Under the pieces are notes generated by a model that worked only from the letters and a program-made list of their open reading frames with translations, was not told where the DNA came from and searched no databases. Shown piece by piece: positions 37,098 through 45,190 of a DNA stretch of 64,000 nt. Source of the DNA: Vicinamibacterales bacterium (lineage in GTDB: Bacteria > Acidobacteriota > Vicinamibacteria > Vicinamibacterales > UBA8438); the NCBI GenBank assembly GCA_965206705.1, contig CBDBKJ010000003.1:19403-83402 (forward strand), written 5' to 3'. How positions within the stretch are numbered: the stretch's first letter is position 1; every line of letters starts with the position of its first letter. A program made the position numbers and the translations under genes.

Positions 37098-37173
37098 GGG
37101 CGGTTAGCTCAGTTGGTAGAGCACCGGCTTTACACGCCGGTTGTCACAGGTTCGAGCCCTGTACCGCCCACCA
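37098..37173 (+). tRNA. tRNA-Val (anticodon TAC)
   Basis: GGGCGGTTAGCTCAGTTGGTAGAGCACCGGCTTTACACGCCGGTTGTCACAGGTTCGAGCCCTGTACCGCCCACCA. Anticodon loop TTTACAC. Confidence 0.93.
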
Positions 37174-37297
37174 GCCGGCGCTCGCCCGCATGCGGCGGCG
37201 AGCGGCGGCCAGCCCCGGTGACGTGGGGAGGTGGGTGCCGCACGCGTTCGCCGTCGTCTGGCGGGCGGATGTGCGGCGCGAATGTCGTCTACGACGC

Positions 37298-37374
37298 GGG
37301 GTCGTAGTTCAGCTGGTTAGAACGCCGGCCTGTCACGCCGGAGGTCGCGAGTTCGAGTCTCGTCGGCCCCGCCA
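37298..37374 (+). tRNA. tRNA-Asp (anticodon GTC)
   Basis: GGGGTCGTAGTTCAGCTGGTTAGAACGCCGGCCTGTCACGCCGGAGGTCGCGAGTTCGAGTCTCGTCGGCCCCGCCA. Anticodon loop CTGTCAC. Confidence 0.93.
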
Positions 37375-37474
37375 TTCTGCACACCTTGCAGGATGTTTCC
37401 GTTCGCATGAGGGTTCCGGGCGAGCCTGCCCGGAACGGGGATCGGGAACGCGCACGTCCCCGCCTGCCCCCGCC

Positions 37475-37661
37475 CCCTGTTCCTTCCGCCTGAATCGCCG
37501 GTCGTGCAACGCCTGACGCGGCCGTCCTCGACCGCGAGGTTGATCGCTCCCTGTTCCTTACCGCCTGAATCGCCGGTCGTGCAACGCCTGACGCGGCCGT
37601 CCTCGACCGCGAGGTTGATCGCTCCCTGTTCCTTACCGTCTGAATCGCCGGTCGTGCAACG
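37475..37661 (+). repeat. tandem repeat, ~2.5 copies of a 74/75-bp unit
   Basis: Unit CCCTGTTCCTTACCGCCTGAATCGCCGGTCGTGCAACGCCTGACGCGGCCGTCCTCGACCGCGAGGTTGATCGCT starts at 37475, 37549 and 37624 (last copy partial). Copies are nearly identical. Confidence 0.85.
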
Positions 37662-37712
37662 GAACGCATGCGTACGCGTGTAGACTGCTACTATGGACGC
37701 GGGGGGCATGTC

Positions 37713-38741
37713 GTGAGACTCGGCGCCGTCCGGGGGCATGCCGCGATTCGCCGTCTGCTGGCCCGGGCGGTCGCGCGGGATCGCCTGCCCCCGAGTCTCG
37801 TGCTGTCCGGCCCCGACGGCGTGGGCAAGCGCCAGGTCGCGGTGGGTCTGGCCGAGCTGCTCAACTGCGAGGCGGTTCCCGAGGCGGGAGCCGCCGCCGG
37901 CGCTCCGGAAAGTTGCGGGACGTGCCGCACGTGCAAGCGGATCGCGCGGGGGGTGCATGCCGACGTGGTCGAGGTGGCGCCCGGTGACGGCGGGACCATC
38001 AAGGTCGATTCGGTTCGCGGGGTGGTCGAGCAGGCGGCGTTTCGTCCGTTCGAAGGGCGCCGCCGCGTCGTCATCGTCGACGATGCCGATCGCCTCGTGG
38101 CCGAGGCGCAGAATGCGCTGCTCAAGACGCTCGAAGAGCCGCCGCCGGCGTCGGTGTTTCTGCTCGTGACGCATCGGCCGCACCTGTTGTTGCCGACGGT
38201 GCGGTCACGGTGCCCGGAGATACGGTTCGGCAGCCTGGCCCCGGACGAGGTGGTGGACGTCCTGGTCGGCGAGTGCGGCGTCGCGGCCGCGGCCGCGACG
38301 GTCGCCGCGGCCGCCGCGGACGGAAGCGTGGCCCGGGCGATCGAGACCGGTTCGGACGAGTACCTGCAGGCGCGTCGGTCGGCGGCGGCCGCCTTGCGGG
38401 CGCTCGCGGCGGCGCCGCCCGCGAAACGCCGCCTCGAGACCGGCAAGGACCTGATGGGCGGGCGCCGCCCCCGGTCGAGCGCGGCGTCCGAGCGGGAGGC
38501 GCTGACCCGCCGGTTGCGCGCGCTCGGCACGCTCTTTCGCGATCTGCAGGTGGTGTCGGCCCGCGGCGACCGCGCCCGGCTGGCGAACGCCGACCTCGCG
38601 GACGAGATCGAGGCGCTGTCGCCATCCTATGACGCGGATCGGGCCGGCCGGGGTTTCGAGCAGGTCGATCGCGCGGTGAGCGCGTTGATGCGGAACGCCA
38701 GTCCGCGGGTCGTCGTGGATTGGCTGACCTTGCAGATATAG
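37713..38741 (+). CDS. holB: DNA polymerase III subunit delta'
   Basis: LVLSGPDGVGKRQVA P-loop, CGTCRTCKRI zinc module, VVIVDDADRL, NALLKTLEEPP, TVRSRC. GTG 37713 preferred. The track ATG 37668 is also possible. Confidence 0.85.
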   Translation: MRLGAVRGHAAIRRLLARAVARDRLPPSLVLSGPDGVGKRQVAVGLAELLNCEAVPEAGAAAGAPESCGTCRTCKRIARGVHADVVEVAPGDGGTIKVDSVRGVVEQAAFRPFEGRRRVVIVDDADRLVAEAQNALLKTLEEPPPASVFLLVTHRPHLLLPTVRSRCPEIRFGSLAPDEVVDVLVGECGVAAAAATVAAAAADGSVARAIETGSDEYLQARRSAAAALRALAAAPPAKRRLETGKDLMGGRRPRSSAASEREALTRRLRALGTLFRDLQVVSARGDRARLANADLADEIEALSPSYDADRAGRGFEQVDRAVSALMRNASPRVVVDWLTLQI

Positions 38742-38822
38742 CAGTCCGTGAACCGTGCTCGACCGGCTGAATGCCGGGGCGGCTGCCAGGGGCGGCCGCA
38801 CGTCGCGGGTGGAGGAGGAGCT

Positions 38823-39626
38823 ATGGAGAGCCCCGAGGAGCGCCAACCTGCACGCTGCATGAGCGTGAAGTTCGATCCGGTCGGCCGGACCCGGACGTTC
38901 CTGTTGCCGGAGGTCGACTTCGATCCCAGGCCCAATCCGGGTGACGCGGTCGTCGTCCAGATAGGATCGCGGCAGACGCTGGGGACGATGGTGCCCACGG
39001 TTCCCCAGATCGCGCAACGCACCGCACCGCCTCCCGAATCGCCCATGCGGGTGGTGCGCCGCGCCACCCGCGAGGACGTGCTGCGCCGGTTCCGGCAGGA
39101 GCAGCGGGAACGCGAGGCGCGGCGGATGTGCCTGTTGAAGATTCGCGAGCGCGGCCTGCAGATGAAGCTGGTCAAGGTCGAGCAGATGTTCGACGACTCG
39201 AAGCTCGTCTTCAGCTTCACGGCGGAGGGACGCATCGATTTCCGGGGGCTCGTGCGCGAGCTGGCCAGCGAGTTCAAGGCGCGGATCGAGATGCGGCAGA
39301 TCGGGGCGCGCGACGAGGCGAAGCTGCTCGGCGGATACGGCACCTGCGGGCGGCCGTTGTGCTGCACGACGTGGCTGCAGTCGTTCGAGCCGATCTCCAT
39401 CAAGATGGCCAAGCGCCAGAACCTCAGTCTGAACCCCTCGCGATTGTCCGGCGCGTGCGGCCGGTTGAAGTGCTGTCTGCGGTACGAGCTCCCCAACGCC
39501 AAGGGCGAGCAGCACGCCGGGTGCGCGCATGAGACGAGCTGCGACCGGAGCGCCGGCGGGTGCGGCGGCGGGTGCGGCGGCGACTGTGCCTCGGGTGGCT
39601 GCGGTGCGTGTGCGAGCCGCGGCTGA
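38823..39626 (+). CDS. PSP1-domain protein (RicT/YaaT-like)
   Basis: KLVFSFTAEGRIDFRGLVRELASEFKARIEMRQIGARDEAKLLGGYGTCGRPLCC...KMAKRQNLSLNPSRLSGACGRLKCCLRYE, with a Cys/Gly-rich tail. Conserved position after holB. Confidence 0.85.
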   Translation: MESPEERQPARCMSVKFDPVGRTRTFLLPEVDFDPRPNPGDAVVVQIGSRQTLGTMVPTVPQIAQRTAPPPESPMRVVRRATREDVLRRFRQEQREREARRMCLLKIRERGLQMKLVKVEQMFDDSKLVFSFTAEGRIDFRGLVRELASEFKARIEMRQIGARDEAKLLGGYGTCGRPLCCTTWLQSFEPISIKMAKRQNLSLNPSRLSGACGRLKCCLRYELPNAKGEQHAGCAHETSCDRSAGGCGGGCGGDCASGGCGACASRG

Positions 39627-40560
39627 CGGCTCGCGCCGCGATTCCGATCGACCGCGAATCGGCGTGACGATGGGCGATCCGGCCGGCATCGGCCCCGAGA
39701 TCGCCCTCGCCGCGGTCGCCGATCGGCGGGTGACCGACGTCTGCGAGCCGGTGCTGTACGGCCCGCGCACGGCGGTGGACCGGGCGCGCTTCCGGCCCGG
39801 AGAGCTGTCGGCGGCGGCGGGGCGGGCCGCCCTGGGGGCGGTCGAGCGGGCGGTCGCCGATGCGTTGGCGGGCCGGCTCGACGCCATCGCGACGGGACCG
39901 ATTCACAAGGAAGCGCTCGCGCTGGCCGGCTCGGAATGGCGCGGCCATACGGAGCTGCTCGCCGATCTGACGCGGTCCGACGACGTCGCGATGATGTTTC
40001 ATTCGCCGCGGCTGTGCGTGGTGCTGGCGACCGTGCACGTGCCCCTGTCGGCAGTCCCGGCGCTGCTGACGCAGCCCCGGGTGGAGACGGTCCTCGATCT
40101 GGCGGCGGCCCATCTGCCGCGGTTCGGCGTGGCCCGGCCCCGTCTCGCGCTGGCCGGTCTCAACCCGCATGCCGGCGAGGGGGGCCTGCTCGGCACCGAA
40201 GATCGGGACGTGCTGGCGCCGGCGGCGGCCTCGGCGCGTCGGCGCGGCGTCGACGTCGTCGGACCGCTGCCCGCCGACACCGTTTTCCGCCAGGCCGTCG
40301 AGGGCCGTTTCGATGCCGTCGTGGCCTGCTACCACGATCAGGGGTTGATACCGGTCAAGCTGGCCGCGTTCGGGGAGGCGGTCAACGTCACGCTGGGGCT
40401 CCCCATCATCCGGACGTCGGTCGACCACGGGACCGCGTTCGACATTGCCGGCCGCGGCGTCGCCGACCCCACCAGCCTGGTGCAGGCGGTGGTGCTCGCG
40501 GCCCGGCTTGCCACGGGGGAACCAGGGAGCCATGACCGGCGCCGACCCGCAGAACGGTGA
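39610..40560 (+). CDS. pdxA: 4-hydroxythreonine-4-phosphate dehydrogenase
   Basis: RIGVTMGDPAGIGPEI, GHTELLA, NPHAGEGG, YHDQGLIP, TSVDHGTAFDIAG. Start uncertain: in-frame GTGs at 39586-39610, while the track ATG 39529 overlaps the upstream gene by 98 nt. Confidence 0.85.
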   Translation: MRAAADGSRRDSDRPRIGVTMGDPAGIGPEIALAAVADRRVTDVCEPVLYGPRTAVDRARFRPGELSAAAGRAALGAVERAVADALAGRLDAIATGPIHKEALALAGSEWRGHTELLADLTRSDDVAMMFHSPRLCVVLATVHVPLSAVPALLTQPRVETVLDLAAAHLPRFGVARPRLALAGLNPHAGEGGLLGTEDRDVLAPAAASARRRGVDVVGPLPADTVFRQAVEGRFDAVVACYHDQGLIPVKLAAFGEAVNVTLGLPIIRTSVDHGTAFDIAGRGVADPTSLVQAVVLAARLATGEPGSHDRRRPAER

Positions 40561-41001
40561 CAGGCTGATCGCGGACAACCGCAAGGCGCGTCACGACTAC
40601 CCCTCTTCGACACCTTCGAGGCGGGCATCGCCCTGCTGGGTACCGAAGTAAAGGCGATTCGCGAGGGACGCGTGAATCTGCGCGACAGCTACGGGCGGCT
40701 CGAGCAGGGGGAGGTCTTTCTCCACAACGTCCACATCAGCCCCTACAGCCATCGCGGATACGCCGAACACGAGCCGATGCGCCGGCGCAAGCTCCTGCTG
40801 CACAAGCGCGAGATCCGCAAGCTGATCGGGAAGGTCGTCGAACGCGGCATGACCCTGGTCCCGGTGCGCATGTATTTCAAGCGCGGGCGGGTGAAGGTCG
40901 CGGTGAGCCTGGCCAAGGGCAAGCGGGTGTACGACAAGCGCGAGACGCTGCGCCGGCGCGAGGCCGACCGCGAGGCCCGGGCCGCCATCAAGCGGCAGTG
41001 A
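40532..41001 (+). CDS. smpB: SsrA-binding protein SmpB, with an apparent 1-nt frameshift
   Basis: IADNRKARHDY (frame of ORF 40445..40651) continues as LFDTFEAGIALLGTEVKAIREGRVNLRDSY...LLLHKREI in the frame of ORF 40672..41001. The shift lies in the C-run at 40600-40603. Confidence 0.8.
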
Positions 41002-41041
41002 CAGCCCTTGGTGGAACCCCGCGTCGCGCCGAGAGTGGCGG
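41002..41041 (+). repeat. 40-nt post-stop-codon repeat element, copy 1
   Basis: CAGCCCTTGGTGGAACCCCGCGTCGCGCCGAGAGTGGCGG begins at the base after the smpB TGA. 35/40 identical to the copies at 43382 and 56565. Confidence 0.8.
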
Positions 41042-41046
41042 GGACT

Positions 41047-42159
41047 TCACGACGGGCCGGCAAGCACCTCGTCGGCGAGCCGCGCGACGAGGCGGCCGAT
41101 CGCGAGACAGGCGGTCAGCCCCGGCGAGTCGATGCCGGCCGCGTGTATCAGCCTCGGCTGCCGCGGATCGCGCGCGATCAGGAAGTCGGAGAAGGCGGCC
41201 GGATCGGGACTGAGCTTCGCCCGGATGCCGGTGCCGCCGAGCCTCAGGTCGCCGGACTGCACGGCCGGCAGGAGTGACCGGGTCGGTTCGACGAACGCTT
41301 CGACGGGGAGCCGGTCCTGCTCGTGGTCTTCTTTCGACGCCTGAAAGTGCACCGTCGGACCGATCGTGACGTTGCCCCAGGTCGTGGGGGTGAGATGCAC
41401 GCCGAGATGCTCGCCGGCGGGGGCCGGGACCGGGTAGACCGGCCGGCCGACCCCCGTGCGGCCGGCTCCGATCAGCTCGGCGTACTCCCCGCGGCAGGGA
41501 TGGATGCGGAACCGGCGTCCCCCGAGCCGGGCCGAGATCTCGTCGGCGTAGAGGCCCGCGGCGTTCACCACCGCGCGCGCCCGGATGGTCTCGGCCGGGG
41601 TCCGGATCTCGATGGCCGCGGTGTCGGGCCGGCCGGCGACGAGCGGGGTGCCCGGGAGCAGGATGACCTCGCGTCCCGCCGCTTCGTGCCGCAGCGTGCG
41701 GACGAGGGCCTCGGGGTCGACGATGCCCGTCGACGGCGACCACAGGGCGGCGCAGGCCGCCACGTGCGGCTCCATCCGGCGAACCGCGCCGGCGTCGACG
41801 ATACGCAGGTCGGTGACGCCGTTCGCCTCGCCCCGCGCCCGCAGCCGATCGAGCTGCCCCCGTTCCGCCTCGGTGCGCGCGACGATCAGCTTCCCGCAGC
41901 GCCGGTGGGGGACGTCATGTCGGGCGCAGAACCGGTACAGCGCCTCGCGGCCTTCGACACAGAGCCGCGCCTTGAGGGAGCCGGCGGGATAGTAGATGCC
42001 CGCGTGGATGACCCCGCTGTTGTGGGTGCTGGTTTCCGTGCCGAACCGGGCGTGGCGCTCGATCAGGCAGACGCTCCGCCCCGGGCGGGCGGCCTCGTGC
42101 GCGCACGCCAGACCGACGACGCCGCCGCCGACAACGAGCAGATCGATGGCCTCCATCAC
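41047..42159 (-). CDS. FAD-dependent oxidoreductase, L-2-hydroxyglutarate oxidase/dehydrogenase-like
   Basis: DLLVVGGGVVGLACA dinucleotide-binding motif, STHNSGVIHAGIYY, HAAGIDSPGLTA. 370 aa. Confidence 0.75.
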   Translation of the reverse strand: MMEAIDLLVVGGGVVGLACAHEAARPGRSVCLIERHARFGTETSTHNSGVIHAGIYYPAGSLKARLCVEGREALYRFCARHDVPHRRCGKLIVARTEAERGQLDRLRARGEANGVTDLRIVDAGAVRRMEPHVAACAALWSPSTGIVDPEALVRTLRHEAAGREVILLPGTPLVAGRPDTAAIEIRTPAETIRARAVVNAAGLYADEISARLGGRRFRIHPCRGEYAELIGAGRTGVGRPVYPVPAPAGEHLGVHLTPTTWGNVTIGPTVHFQASKEDHEQDRLPVEAFVEPTRSLLPAVQSGDLRLGGTGIRAKLSPDPAAFSDFLIARDPRQPRLIHAAGIDSPGLTACLAIGRLVARLADEVLAGPS

Positions 42160-42385
42160 GTCCGCCGCCGGCGGGACCGGCCCTGCGCCGGGGACCGCCG
42201 CCGGGTGCGATACCCTACCATGGCGTTGATTCGACCGGCCCGGTCCTCATACGATCGTGTCCAACCGGCCCGGGAGCGCGTGGTGCGACCGCGTGCCGCA
42301 CCGAGGCCGCCGGTCGAAAGCGGCGAGGCCTTCGTCCCCGGCTCCCGGGGAGGCGCCCCGAGCCGTCCCGTCGTTGAGGAGATTC

Positions 42386-43381
42386 ATGTCCAGGCGCGCC
42401 GTCATTACCGGGATCACGGGCCAGGACGGGTCCTATCTGGCAGAGCTGCTGCTGGAGAAGGGCTACGAGGTGGTCGGCGTGACGCGGCGGCTGAGCGCGC
42501 CGAACCTGGAGCGTATCGAGCACCTGCGCGAGCGTATCGACCTGCGGCAGGCGGATCTGCTCGACCAGATGTCGCTGCTGGACGTCGTCGACGAGGTTCG
42601 GCCGCACGAGTTCTACAATCTCGCGGCGATGTCGTTCGTGCCCGCGTCCTGGAAGCAGCCGATGCTCACCGGCGAGTACAACGCCCAGGGGGTGACCCGC
42701 ATTCTCGACGCGATTCGCCGGCTGGATACCTCGATTCGGTTCTACCAGGCCTCGTCGAGCGAGATGTTCGGCAAGGCGCGGGAGACGCCGCAGACCGAGG
42801 AGACGCCGTTCCATCCCCGCAGCCCCTACGGGGTGTCCAAGACGTTTGCCCACTACATCACGGTGAACTATCGCGAGAGCTACGATCTGTTCGCGGTGTC
42901 CGGCATTCTGTTCAACCACGAGTCGCCCCGGCGGGGTCTGGAGTTCGTGACCCGGAAGGTGACCGACGGGGTGGCGCGAATCAGTCTCGGCCTCGCCGAC
43001 CATCTCGCGCTCGGCAATCTGGATGCGCATCGCGACTGGGGTTTCGCCGGCGACTACGTGCGGGCGATGTGGATGATGCTGCAGCAGGACGTCCCGCGCG
43101 ACTACGTCGTCGCCACCGGCGTCAGCCGCCCGGTCCGGGAGCTGGTGCAGGTCGCGTTCGAGCACGCCGGTCTGGACTGGCGCGAGCACGTGCGTACCGA
43201 TGCGGGCCTGTTGCGGCCGGCCGAGGTCGATCGTCTGATCGGCGACCCGTCGAAGGCGCGAGCGGAGCTGGGATGGTCGCCGGGCATCGATTTCAAGGGG
43301 CTGATCGGCATGATGGTGGACGCCGATCTGGCCCGTCACCGGGCCGTTTCGCCGCCGCTTGCCCTCGGGTCGGCCCGCTAG
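42386..43381 (+). CDS. gmd: GDP-mannose 4,6-dehydratase
   Basis: ATG at 42386 after [60 protein letters not shown]. Confidence 0.92.
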   Translation: MSRRAVITGITGQDGSYLAELLLEKGYEVVGVTRRLSAPNLERIEHLRERIDLRQADLLDQMSLLDVVDEVRPHEFYNLAAMSFVPASWKQPMLTGEYNAQGVTRILDAIRRLDTSIRFYQASSSEMFGKARETPQTEETPFHPRSPYGVSKTFAHYITVNYRESYDLFAVSGILFNHESPRRGLEFVTRKVTDGVARISLGLADHLALGNLDAHRDWGFAGDYVRAMWMMLQQDVPRDYVVATGVSRPVRELVQVAFEHAGLDWREHVRTDAGLLRPAEVDRLIGDPSKARAELGWSPGIDFKGLIGMMVDADLARHRAVSPPLALGSAR

Positions 43382-43421
43382 CAGCCCGTGGTGGAACCCC
43401 GCGTTGCACCGAGAGCGGCGA
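43382..43421 (+). repeat. 40-nt post-stop-codon repeat element, copy 2
   Basis: CAGCCCGTGGTGGAACCCCGCGTTGCACCGAGAGCGGCGA begins at the base after the gmd TAG. Confidence 0.8.
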
Positions 43422-43622
43422 GGCGCCCGCCTGACAAGGCGTGAGGAGAGCGCATATTGGGCATACGGCAACCGCGGACTGCTACGCAGTCCGTCCGAAC
43501 AACGCAGTCAGGCGGGATGCATCGCCGCTCGAATGCAGCGGGAACTTTCGCCACGGGCTGCTAGGCCAAGCCGTGATCCTGCCGTTTCCGGACCGGCGGC
43601 GCCCGCCCGGTCCTGCCAATGC

Positions 43623-44606
43623 ATGACCCGCGCCCTCATCACCGCCGTCCCCTTCGGGGAGGTCGACCGTGAAGCCCTCGATCTGCTCGATCGGGCCGGC
43701 GTCGACACCGTCCGCAATCCCTATGGCCGGCGGTTGACAGAGCTGGAGCTCGCGGCGCTCATTGCCGACGTCGACGTCGTGATCGCCGGGACCGAGCCGA
43801 TTACCCGGCCGGTGATCCGGGCCGGCCGCCGCCTGCGGCTGATATCGCGGGTCGGCGTGGGGCTCGACAGCGTCGACCTGTCGGCCGCGCGCGAGCACGG
43901 GGTCGCGGTCGCCTATACGCCGGAGGCCCCGGCCGACGCGGTGGCCGAGTTGACCATCGGGTTGGCGCTGTCGTTGCTGCGGGGCGTCCATCGGGCGAAC
44001 GCCGCGATTCGCGGCGGCGACTGGACCCGGCTGCAGGGGCGGCGACTGGGGGCGGTGACCGCCGGCGTGGTCGGCGTGGGGCGTATCGGGAGCCGCGTCA
44101 TTCGCCTGCTGTCCGCCTTCGGCGCCCGCATTCTGGCCAACGACCTGACGCCGGTCCGCCTCGCGCAGCCCGTCGAATGGGTCGACAAGCCGGCGCTCTT
44201 TCGCGAAGCCGACGTCGTGACCCTGCACGTTCCGCTCACGCCGTCGACGCGCCGCCTCGTGGGCCCGGGGCAGCTCGCGATGATGCGGCCGGGCGCCCTG
44301 CTCGTCAATACGTGCCGGGGCGGCGTCGTCGACGAGGCCGCGCTGGCCGACGCGCTGCGCGCCGGACGGCTCGCCGGGGCCGCGCTCGACACGTTCGTCG
44401 ACGAGCCCTACCACGGGGAGCTCGTCGAGGTGGAGAGCTGTCTGATCACCGCGCACATGGGGTCGATGGCGGCTGACTGCCGGCTGCGCATGGAACGCGG
44501 CGCGGCCCGGAACGTCGTCGCCTTTCTTCGCGGCGAGCCGCTCGACGAGCCGGTTCCCGAGTCCGAGTACGCGGTGCAGGTCCCGGCGCCGGTGCCGGGT
44601 GAATGA
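43623..44606 (+). CDS. D-isomer-specific 2-hydroxyacid dehydrogenase (SerA/GhrB-like)
   Basis: ATG at 43623. GVVGVGRIGSRV NAD-binding motif, LVNTCRGGVVDE, TAHMGS. Confidence 0.8.
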   Translation: MTRALITAVPFGEVDREALDLLDRAGVDTVRNPYGRRLTELELAALIADVDVVIAGTEPITRPVIRAGRRLRLISRVGVGLDSVDLSAAREHGVAVAYTPEAPADAVAELTIGLALSLLRGVHRANAAIRGGDWTRLQGRRLGAVTAGVVGVGRIGSRVIRLLSAFGARILANDLTPVRLAQPVEWVDKPALFREADVVTLHVPLTPSTRRLVGPGQLAMMRPGALLVNTCRGGVVDEAALADALRAGRLAGAALDTFVDEPYHGELVEVESCLITAHMGSMAADCRLRMERGAARNVVAFLRGEPLDEPVPESEYAVQVPAPVPGE

Positions 44607-44616
44607 CGCTGACGGC

Positions 44617-45132
44617 ATGACTGTGCGACTGGCCCGTACGCATCTGGCATCGGTGACGTTCGTCGTATTCGACTTCGACGGCGTCATGACCGACAACCGC
44701 GTGCTCGTTGCCGAGGACGGCCGCGAGTCGGTGTTCTGTTCCCGCGCCGACGGACTGGGGGTGCAGATGCTGTCCCGCGCCGGCGTGGGCTGTCTCATCC
44801 TGTCCACGGAAGTGAACCCGGTGGTCTCGGCCCGCGCCGCGAAGCTCGGGGTCGAGTGCGTGCAGGGCCTCGGCGACGCCAAGGCGGAGGCGTTGCGCGA
44901 GATCCTGCGCGACCGGGGACTCGACCCGGCCGCGGTGGCCTACGTCGGCAACGACGTCAACGACATCGAGTGCCTCCGGCACGTCGGGGTTCCGATCTGC
45001 GTCGCCGACGCCTGGCCTGCCGTCCGGCGGGCGGCGCGTTACGTCACCGGCCGCCCCGGGGGGAACGGCGCCGTGCGCGAGGTCTGCGATCTCGTGCTGG
45101 CGGCGCGCGGCCGCCCGCGACGGGATGCTTGA
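44617..45132 (+). CDS. HAD-IIIA phosphatase, KdsC-like (3-deoxy-ulosonate phosphate phosphatase family)
   Basis: FVVFDFDGVMTDNRV (DxD), YVGNDVNDIECL, GGNGAVREVCDLVL. An alternative GTG start lies at 44599. Confidence 0.72.
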   Translation: MTVRLARTHLASVTFVVFDFDGVMTDNRVLVAEDGRESVFCSRADGLGVQMLSRAGVGCLILSTEVNPVVSARAAKLGVECVQGLGDAKAEALREILRDRGLDPAAVAYVGNDVNDIECLRHVGVPICVADAWPAVRRAARYVTGRPGGNGAVREVCDLVLAARGRPRRDA

Positions 45133-45190
45133 CGGGGCCGTGCCGCGGGAATAGGCTGTCTCCCGCTGGTGACCGCGTTGCTGACTCCCC

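Noticed and set aside
37475-37661. The 75-bp repeats as a second CRISPR array
   Set aside because: The repeat units are directly contiguous with no unique spacers, so this is a tandem repeat and not a CRISPR.
41008-41277. ORF 41008..41277 (MVEPRVAPR...) and similar short ORFs starting in the 40-nt repeat as a conserved peptide gene family
   Set aside because: Only the first ~11 codons are shared, and only because they lie within the repeat. Downstream sequences are unrelated, and this one is antisense to the lhgO-like gene. Only the copy upstream of apbE is plausibly translated.
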